A DNA stretch of 58,687 nt from the NCBI GenBank assembly GCA_049684675.1, contig JBAVGF010000308.1, positions 1 through 58,687 of the forward strand. Reading direction: 5' to 3'. The notes beneath the pieces are model-generated. The model was given only the letters and a program-made list of their open reading frames with translations. It made no database searches and was not told the origin of the DNA. Both the position numbers and the translations under genes were made by a program. Shown here piece by piece: positions 47,053-55,827 of the stretch. The DNA is from Thermodesulfobacteriota bacterium (GTDB lineage Bacteria; Desulfobacterota; BSN033; UBA1163). How positions within the stretch are numbered: the first letter of the stretch is position 1; every line of letters starts with the position of its first letter.

Positions 47053-47136
47053 TAAGGTTAAGGTCGAGGTTCAGGCTGAGATTGGGGTAAATTGAAGGTC
47101 GAGGTTGAGGTGATGAATGATTTCCGCTTAACCTTA
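47053..47136 (+). repeat. Intergenic insert with a 10-bp inverted repeat and a 12-nt direct repeat
   Basis: TAAGGTTAAG (47053-47062) is the reverse complement of CTTAACCTTA (47127-47136). AAGGTCGAGGTT occurs at 47060-47071 and 47095-47106. The equivalent mvhD / Fe-S gene gap in cluster 1 is only 8 nt. Confidence 0.5.
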
Positions 47137-47168
47137 GCTTGATCCTAAACCTTAAGTGAAATGAAGGA

Positions 47169-47966
47169 ATGATGGGCACGAAGATTAAAGAAGCTGTTCA
47201 AGCTCTCCTGATGGAAGGGAAGATCAAGGGCTTTCTGGGTCTAATGGAAGAGAATGGCAACATCATGCCGCACCTCTTCTGCGATCCCAAGGAGCTTGAT
47301 CACCTCTCTGTGGGTGATTGGAAGAAAGCGGGCGACGCCCGTTATCCCCTGAATCAATTGATGATTCGATTAACCACGGAACATCCCGAGGAGACGTTTG
47401 CGGTTCTTATTCGGGGTTGTGATGAAAGGGGACTCAAAGAACTCTTCAAGTGGAAACAGTTGAACGAAGAGAAAGTCATCCTCGTAGGACTGGGTTGTCC
47501 GGATGAGCTGGCCAAGGCTTGTGAATGCGAAAAACCATTTCCGGATAGTCTGATAGAGGGTCCAAAGGGAGCAAAGGCAGACAGCGAGAAAGTGGCTCAG
47601 GTCGAGGCCATGGACCTGGACACAAGACTCCAGTTCTGGAAAGCGGAGTTTGACCGGTGCATCAAGTGTTTCGGCTGCCGCAATGTCTGTCCGATGTGCT
47701 TCTGCAACGAATGTTCCCTGGAGGAAGATCAATTGGTCGGGACGGGAGAGATCCCCCCTGCCAACCCGACCTTCCATCTGGCCCGGGCCATTCACATGGT
47801 GGGTCGCTGCATTGATTGCGGTTTGTGTGAGGAAGCTTGTCCGGCGGATATTCCTCTCAGAACGCTTTATAAGAAGGTGGCAGAGATTATCCACAAGGAA
47901 TTCGGATATAAGACGGGCTTCAGCGTGGATGAAAAATCGCCCTTCAATATCATTGAGGTGAGATAA
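47169..47966 (+). CDS. Iron-sulfur protein with two CxxCxxCxxxCP-type clusters, copy 2 (paralogue of 31651..32457)
   Basis: 265 aa with CIKCFGCRNVCPMCFCNEC and CIDCGLCEEACP motifs, in the same position between mvhD and fdhA. Confidence 0.7.
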   Translation: MMGTKIKEAVQALLMEGKIKGFLGLMEENGNIMPHLFCDPKELDHLSVGDWKKAGDARYPLNQLMIRLTTEHPEETFAVLIRGCDERGLKELFKWKQLNEEKVILVGLGCPDELAKACECEKPFPDSLIEGPKGAKADSEKVAQVEAMDLDTRLQFWKAEFDRCIKCFGCRNVCPMCFCNECSLEEDQLVGTGEIPPANPTFHLARAIHMVGRCIDCGLCEEACPADIPLRTLYKKVAEIIHKEFGYKTGFSVDEKSPFNIIEVR

Positions 47967-48007
47967 CAATTCGGTTTTTCGAAATGGAACGGAATAAAAT
48001 CTCTTTT

Positions 48008-48173
48008 CCCCGCCAAAGGCGGGGCTTCCAAATTTTTAGAATGTGGGTTTTTTTATATTTTATAGTATTGAAATAAAGGAATGAATGAGACGCTGGATTA
48101 CTATTGAGGCAGTTTGAATGACTCGGTAAAAGGTTACCGCCCTAAAAATTTTCCAGTCCCGTCTTTGGCGGGA
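48008..48173 (+). repeat. Inverted-repeat element between the Fe-S gene and fdhA-2; each arm contains a CCCGCC/GGCGGG hairpin
   Basis: Left arm CCCCGCCAAAGGCGGGGCTTCCAAATTTTTAG (48008-48039). Right arm CCTAAAAATTTTCCAGTCCCGTCTTTGGCGGGA (48141-48173). AAATTTTTAG/CTAAAAATTT pair across a ~100-nt AT-rich centre. Confidence 0.55.
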
Positions 48174-48232
48174 TCGGTGTACCGTTGGGGACATTTTGCG
48201 AAGCGTTAAGATGTACGAGGTGAAATAGCTTC

Positions 48233-50302
48233 ATGGAATTCAAGACGGTGTTAACCACTTGCCCCTATTGCGGGTGCGGATGCGGATTGCTCCTGGAGGT
48301 CCTCGACGGAAAGATCGTGGGGACGCTACCTTCCAAAACCAGTCCTGTGAACCGGGGGAAATTGTGTGTTAAAGGCTGGACCGTCCATGAATTTGTCACG
48401 AGCCCCAACCGATTGACCCAACCCATGGTGCGGAAAGGCGATGCCCTACAAGAGGCCTCGTGGAACGATGCGCTCAATCTTGCGGCGGCACGCCTGAAAG
48501 AAATTAAAGAAAAATACGGTCCGGATAGCATTGGTGTCTTAACCTCTGCCAAGTGTACCAATGAGGAAAACTATGTTTTACAGAAGTTTGCCCGGGCCGC
48601 CATCGGGACGAATAACATCGACCACTGTGCCCGTCTCTGACACTCCTCCACGGTGGCCGGGCTGGCCGCAGCACTTGGCAGCGGGGCAATGACCAACTCC
48701 ATTGAAGAGATTGAAGGGGCGGATTGTATCTTGATCATCGGCTCCAATACTTCCGTAGCCCATCCCCTCATCGCCACCCGTGTCTATCGAGCCAAAGCCA
48801 GAGGAGCCAAAATAATCGTCGCAGATCCTCGCAGGATACCGATTGTCCTTCAAAGTGATTTACACCTTCGTCAGAATCTCGGAACGGACGTGGCACTGAT
48901 CAACGGTCTGATGCACATCATTCTGAAGAATGGCTGGCAAGACCAGGCCTTTATCGATGAGAGGACAGAAAACTTTGAGCCACTGAAAAAGGTGGTTGAG
49001 AATTATCCTCCTGAAAAGGTATCGGAAATCACAGGGATCCCGACGGCCGATCTGGAAAAGGCAGCAGAATACTATGCCAAGGCTGAGCGGGCGAGCATTC
49101 TCTACACCATGGGCATCACCCAGCACATCACGGGCGTGGACAATGTCAAGACCCTTGCCAATCTGGCGATGCTCACCGGAAATCTCGGGAAGGAATCGAC
49201 AGGCATCAATCCTCTCCGGGGACAAAACAATGTCCAGGGTGCCTGTGACATGGGCGGGTTGCCGAATGTTTATACGGGTTACCAGGCAGTGACCGACCCT
49301 GCGGTTCGACAGAAATTCGAGGAGGCATGGGGAGCTAAACTTTCAGACAAGATTGGGTTGACCGCAACGGAAATGTTTCCTGCTGTCCTCGACGGGAAAA
49401 TGAAAGCCGTCGTCATCCTGGGTGAGAATCCCATGGTGAGCGATGCCGATTGCCGTCACATAGAAAAGGCGCTCAAGGCCCTCGATTTTCTCTTAGTGAT
49501 CGATATCTTCAATACTCCCACTTCGGATCTGGCCCATGTGGTTTTGCCCGGAGCCGCTTTTGCAGAGAAAGAGGGGACGTTTAGCAACACGGAAAGAAGG
49601 GTTCAGTTACTCCGAAAAGCAGTGGAGCCTCCCGGGGCGTCGAAACCAGACTGGCAGATCATCCAGGAACTGTCGAGCCGTTTTGGTTATGCCATAGATT
49701 ATGCTTCGCCCCGTGCTATCATGGAGGAGATTGCAAAGCTTACCCCATCTTATGGCGGCATCACTTATGACCGACTCCAAGGCGATGGGTTGCAGTGGCC
49801 CTGTCCCAACGCCGAACATCCCGGAACCAAATTTTTGCATCAGGGACGATTTTCCAGAGGGAAGGGCTTGTTTACCGCAATTGAATACAAACCCGCCGCG
49901 GAGACGGCGGATGAAGAATATCCCTTCCAACTCACCACCGGAAGGGTTTATGTCCATTACCACACGGGGACGATGACGAGAAACTCTCCTTCGCTGGAAC
50001 GGGAGATCAGTGAGTGTTTTCTTGAAATACATCCTGAGGACGCTGCTGAAATGAAAGTGGCGGATGGTGATTGGGTGGTCATCGCATCAAGGCGCGGGTC
50101 CGTCTCATCCCGTGTGAAGGTGACGGATGCCTCAGGGAGAAAAACAGTGTTCATGCCTTTCCACTTCCTTGAAAGCAGAGCCAATATTTTGACCAACCCC
50201 GCGTTGGATCCCATTGCCAAGATCCCGGAATTTAAGGTCTGCGCCGTAAGAATCGAAAAGATGGGAACAGAATCGAAGCCTTCTCCTGCCTCGGCCAGTT
50301 GA
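48233..50302 (+). CDS. fdhA: Formate dehydrogenase catalytic subunit (Mo/W-bis-PGD), selenocysteine-containing, cytoplasmic type, copy 2
   Basis: Track ORFs 48233..48640 and 48653..50302 share one frame and join through TGA 48638-48640. The junction reads [30 protein letters not shown]. N-terminal CPYCGCGCG motif. By eye about 60% identical to copy 1. No Tat signal. Confidence 0.9.
48638..48669 (+). other. UGA (Sec) codon plus SECIS-like hairpin
   Basis: TGA 48638-48640, then GTGGCC-GGGCT-GGCCGC at 48653-48669, at the same position as the copy-1 hairpin but with compensatory base changes. Confidence 0.65.
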
Positions 50303-50572
50303 TCAGGCGTGCCGGAATCTGGGGCCTCTTAGCCAGGACCGGATCGATTGGTTATCCGCCAGAATCTCCTCTTCTTGCAAAAAGGAATCCTTGGGAAAGG
50401 TCGCATGCGGTGAGATAAATCTCCCTTGCGGCCTTCAGCTGCGAATCGATGGGGTGCCGGTTAGGAGGGCGATACCCGAAACGAGAATGGAGATGTTAAG
50501 AGAATGGAGGAGGGGTTTAGATCGATTTGCGCCAATGTCCCCGCTGGCACAGAGATTGTGGGGAGCGGTCCG

Positions 50573-51721
50573 TTATGGAGCCGCTAAAGATCCCGTGACG
50601 AACCCCGCCATCGCTCCGCGATTTTTCAGGGACCGTTCTCTCTTCCTTTGCGAAAAATCAAGCACCATTCTTTGGAGCTTGATCAGGTCAGCCCTGGCTT
50701 TTTCACTCGATGAATATCTCCTCTCTTTGACGTAGCCAGCCCTAAGGGCTCCCCGGTAAACCATCTTCCCTCTTTCGGACCTGAGCAGCACGGTGGTATA
50801 TCCCTCCGGAGAACCAAGCCCTCCAAAGGAGATATCCGAGAATTCAGCGGAGAAATCAGGGCACACTAAACAGGCTGGCCGCGCAATGGAGTCGATCTCC
50901 TCAAAGGGGATGTGGATCACCCTGCCATTATTCAGGTAAATAAGGAAGTCCTCCTTCACATTAACCTTTGACACGTGGGCTAAATCAAATCCGTACTGTT
51001 TCTCCAGATGCCTCAGCTGTATGTCATTGAAGGAGAAGTTCTCCATGCAGAAAAGGCCGAAGCAGTACTTGATCACATCGGAGGGAATGATTCCGAGAAC
51101 CTGCATCTTTCGGACGGTATGGATCTGGCAAGGGGTTCCGACCATGGCCACCCGATCGATCACGCCCTTCCGCAAACTCTTGAGCTCTTGCATGGCAGGG
51201 GAATAGGTGGAGTACTGGGAACCCAGCTCGGCGATAGAAAAGGATTCGTCATAATGGGAACCTGAAGCAGAGACGACCTCCTCTCCTGAAGTGGCAAGCA
51301 CCGGACCTCTATGGAAAGGGCCATCGCTCTTAGAGACCAGCGCGCCATCGATCATATGGTTGTCCAGGAGATAGAGAAGAAGGGAAGTCACCACTCCCCC
51401 ATCCGTACACCTTTCACCTACGGTGGAATTTGTGGTCTGGGCGGATACCAGGTCCTTTATCGGGCCAATGGGAGGTTCCCATTTCGTCTTTTTTTTCAGC
51501 TCCTCGTCGAGATCGCGAATATTGGGGCAAATCATGTAACAGATTCCACACTTGAGGCACTTCTCCTCATCCACAAACACAGGCATTCCGTCCGGCCCCA
51601 CTTTCAGCGCCCCGAGGTTGTCAGCAGAACAGAAGGAAACGCAGCCTCCGCACTTCCCGCAAAAATTGTATCTCTGAACTTCTTTTTCCAAATCATGAAA
51701 CGTCTTGACCTCAGAGCCCAT
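50573..51721 (-). CDS. FrhB/FdhB-family protein (coenzyme F420 hydrogenase/dehydrogenase beta-subunit-like flavo-iron-sulfur protein)
   Basis: 382 aa. N-terminal 2x[4Fe-4S] ferredoxin motifs CGKCGGCVSFC and CLKCGICYMICP, followed by an FrhB-like body. Convergent with fdhA-2. Confidence 0.7.
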   Translation of the reverse strand: MGSEVKTFHDLEKEVQRYNFCGKCGGCVSFCSADNLGALKVGPDGMPVFVDEEKCLKCGICYMICPNIRDLDEELKKKTKWEPPIGPIKDLVSAQTTNSTVGERCTDGGVVTSLLLYLLDNHMIDGALVSKSDGPFHRGPVLATSGEEVVSASGSHYDESFSIAELGSQYSTYSPAMQELKSLRKGVIDRVAMVGTPCQIHTVRKMQVLGIIPSDVIKYCFGLFCMENFSFNDIQLRHLEKQYGFDLAHVSKVNVKEDFLIYLNNGRVIHIPFEEIDSIARPACLVCPDFSAEFSDISFGGLGSPEGYTTVLLRSERGKMVYRGALRAGYVKERRYSSSEKARADLIKLQRMVLDFSQRKRERSLKNRGAMAGFVTGSLAAP

Positions 51722-51764
51722 GGGTCACTCTCCTTAAAACCCTCTTTTCTTTGCCGGGCATTTG

Positions 51765-51887
51765 ACCGGCAAGTGCCCCCCGCATACCCCGCCTTGTCTG
51801 CGGTAGGCAGGTAGGCGGGGTCAAGGGGCAACAACTAAGACGATATTTCCTTTTCGGGAAGCCCCGACCTATGGCCGGGAAGCTTCA
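51765..51887 (+). repeat. Intergenic two-hairpin repeat element, copy B (REP-like)
   Basis: Aligns with 4932-5036 in the same orientation, with an ~18-nt insertion in the first hairpin. GTAGGCGGGGTCAAGGGGCAACAAC and TTTTCGGGAAGCCCCGACCTATGGCCGGGAAGCTTCA are retained. Confidence 0.65.
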
Positions 51888-52382
51888 ATCTCCGTATGAG
51901 CAAATTAGAAAGCTTTCTTACGTGCTAATTTTTTGCGATTAATTATAACACAAATATAATACTGAAAATACGGGTCTTGTCAAATTTTTCGATTTATTCA
52001 AGTAATAACAAAGCTGATATGCCGTTTTAATAAAATCATTAAAGGCCAGGGTTTATTACCGATTGCCGATAGTAAATCGGGTTTCAGGTTCGAATTCTGC
52101 CAGATACACTGGACACCGGAAAGAGTAAACAGCGTCCCTTCCTTATTTGGGTCTCACACTCTATATTCCCACCATTATGAAGTTCATTCACATTTCAGGA
52201 TTTACCACGGTGCATTTGGCACCCTCAAGCCCCATGTCAAGCCTTGACCCTGTGGCCTTTCCACGGGAATAGATTGGCACTTGCTTTATCCGACCAAGTT
52301 CTGGTAAGGTTGCCTGGGAAATAATAGCTTGAAGAGGGGCGTGCGCAGGAAAAGAATTCAAGCTTAAAACAGGTTTACCAAA

Positions 52383-53396
52383 ATGAAGAAACTCCTACTT
52401 CTGTTACCTTTGGTCTGCTTGCTCGGTTGTTATGCGGGAAGCGTCAAGCCACTGCTCAACCGTCCCGAATTTAAAGCCGAGAACGAACCGATTCGGACTT
52501 TGAGAATTTTTTTGATAACCGATGATTCTTATCGGAAAGACGAAATTGAGAAATTTGTTTCGAAATGCTCTGACCTTATTGAGATGCAAGTTGGAATACG
52601 GCTTGAAATTGTAGAGGGGTGCCAAATCAAATGGGAAGATGAACTCGATGATATCATCAAGATGGAGATAAGGATTGCCAGGGACACCTGGAGCAAAAGG
52701 GACCAATTTGATATTGCACTCACTTTCGTCCATTTTGCTTTTAATGTTGCAGGGGGTAAATTGCCTCTGGGGGCAACCGACACATTTTTTTGGAGGTATC
52801 TCTTCGTAAGAGAGCTGGATCCCTATATTCTTTTGCACGAGCTATTCCATGCCCTTTCGTTCAACAGAGGTCATTCAGAGGAGTGGGTCATGAGGGGTGG
52901 AAGGCCCGCTTACGGTAACGAATGGTACTGGCTTACTCCGGAAGATAGGAAAGGGGTTCTTCGTAATAAATGGAGAGACTTCAATGTCATGCCAGCTATC
53001 GAGGAAGAAAAGGAAAGGAAATCGAGCGAAAGTTGGTTTTACTATAAGGTTGGGTTAGCCTATCTCAAAAAGCGAGAAATTGACGAGGCCATTTTGTTAC
53101 TTAACAAGTCTCTTGAGACAAACCCAAAGTACGCCGCAGCCTACGAAACTCGAGGGGTCATTTATAGTCGTAGAGAACAATACGATCAGGCCATTTCTGA
53201 TTTCAATAAGGCCATTGAGATAGACCCAAGTCTTGCCGAGGCTTACTTCAGTCAGGGCAGGGCTTATTACTTTAAAAAGGAATACGACAAATCGTGGGAG
53301 GATATTAGAAAGGCACAAGATCTGGGTTACAAGATTCCCGCTGAATTTCTTGACGATCTTCGTAGAGCTTCTGGTAAGAATAGGAGTCAACATTGA
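52383..53396 (+). CDS. Lipoprotein with an N-terminal HExxH putative zinc-peptidase domain and C-terminal TPR repeats
   Basis: Lipobox LLGC. LLHELFHALSFNRGH (HExxH plus a downstream His). The C-terminal repeats AAAYETRGVIYSRREQYDQAISDFNKAIEIDPSLAEAYFSQGRAYYFKKEYDKSWEDIRKA are classic TPR. Confidence 0.6.
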   Translation: MKKLLLLLPLVCLLGCYAGSVKPLLNRPEFKAENEPIRTLRIFLITDDSYRKDEIEKFVSKCSDLIEMQVGIRLEIVEGCQIKWEDELDDIIKMEIRIARDTWSKRDQFDIALTFVHFAFNVAGGKLPLGATDTFFWRYLFVRELDPYILLHELFHALSFNRGHSEEWVMRGGRPAYGNEWYWLTPEDRKGVLRNKWRDFNVMPAIEEEKERKSSESWFYYKVGLAYLKKREIDEAILLLNKSLETNPKYAAAYETRGVIYSRREQYDQAISDFNKAIEIDPSLAEAYFSQGRAYYFKKEYDKSWEDIRKAQDLGYKIPAEFLDDLRRASGKNRSQH

Positions 53397-53464
53397 GTGT
53401 CCCTCAGGATAAGGGTTCCTCTAAATAAGGCGGGACAGGACTTTCTGGGAGGCGGCAAGCGGTC

Positions 53465-53854
53465 ATGCAGATTCTGAAAGCTGGCATCATTTATTTCGCG
53501 CTCGTATTCGGTGTGGGCTTCGTGCTTGGATCCGTTCGCACACTGTGGGTCGTGCCTCGTTTTGGTGCGAGAACGGCTGAGCTGATGGAAACGCCCATCA
53601 TGTTCATGGTTACGATTGTCGCAGCGCGGTGGGTAGTTCGACGTCTCGCCGTACCGCCCAAACCGTCTAACCGACTTGGTATGGGTTGCATCGGCCTTGG
53701 CCTAATGCTGGTTGCGGAATTTACGCTTGTGCTCTGGCTTCGGGGTGTATCGATCAATGAGTATCTTGCAAGCCGAGACCCTGTGTCGGGAACGGTCTAC
53801 TATTTAATGCTTGGGGTGCTTTGCATCATGCCGCTTCTCGTGGCTCGAAAGTGA
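53465..53854 (+). CDS. Small integral membrane protein of unknown function
   Basis: 129-aa ORF with four hydrophobic segments and no recognisable motif. Confidence 0.5.
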   Translation: MQILKAGIIYFALVFGVGFVLGSVRTLWVVPRFGARTAELMETPIMFMVTIVAARWVVRRLAVPPKPSNRLGMGCIGLGLMLVAEFTLVLWLRGVSINEYLASRDPVSGTVYYLMLGVLCIMPLLVARK

Positions 53855-53920
53855 ATACGCCTTCGATCAATGACCTATTCCGGGAGGCCCCGGACGAGAA
53901 GGAGGAGCATTTAAAGCGAA

Positions 53921-55606
<1,686 letters not shown>

Positions 55607-55827
55607 AAAGCGAAGCGCCCATCCGGTATGAAGCAATCTCCTCCCTTTTCGGGTTTCTAAAAATCTTGGGGGATTGGCTTAAAGCCTACTCCCGCCTTAT
55701 GTTAAATTTCCCTGTCTCAGGAATCAAAAACATCATCCAGCCCATCATTGAACCTCAATCCATACTCTGTTACGATTGCGTAATCCGAAGTCTCCGCACT
55801 CTGTTTGCCATTTTCTTGAGGGAGGTT

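Noticed and set aside
31762-47969. Antisense ORFs inside the Fdh/Hdr genes: 31762-32259, 33322-33903, 36333-36860, 37632-38099, 43578-44414 (278 aa) and 47370-47969 (199 aa).
   Set aside because: They lie opposite well-supported redox genes, have no start context or motifs, and are treated as shadow ORFs.
31175-50302. Reading the split Fdh, Hdr and MvhD ORFs as pseudogenes, nonsense mutations or sequencing errors.
   Set aside because: All eight interruptions are TGA. None involves a frameshift. All fall on conserved Cys/Sec columns, all have a downstream hairpin, and both paralogous fdhA copies share the same TGA position. Independent decay would not produce this pattern.
50303-50735. ORF 50391-50735 (114 aa) and short minus-strand ORFs in the fdhA-2 / frhB-like convergent gap.
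   Set aside because: The listed ORF overlaps the 3' end of the frhB-like gene on the other strand and has no motif or RBS. The short minus-strand reading frames are under 30 codons without start context.
4932-51887. The two-hairpin units at 4.9 kb and 51.8 kb as direct-repeat (att-like) boundaries of a 47-kb mobile island.
   Set aside because: The copies are diverged and differ by an insertion. Related hairpins occur inside the interval. There is no integrase, tRNA or mobility gene, and the interval contains mixed housekeeping genes of the same composition as the flanks.
52055-52115. A tRNA-like GGTTCGAATTC (T-loop-like) motif, also present at 29960-29972.
   Set aside because: I could not build an acceptor stem, a 7-nt anticodon loop with U33 or a D-arm around either site. 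The segment is too short. A shared 11-mer is expected by chance in 58 kb.
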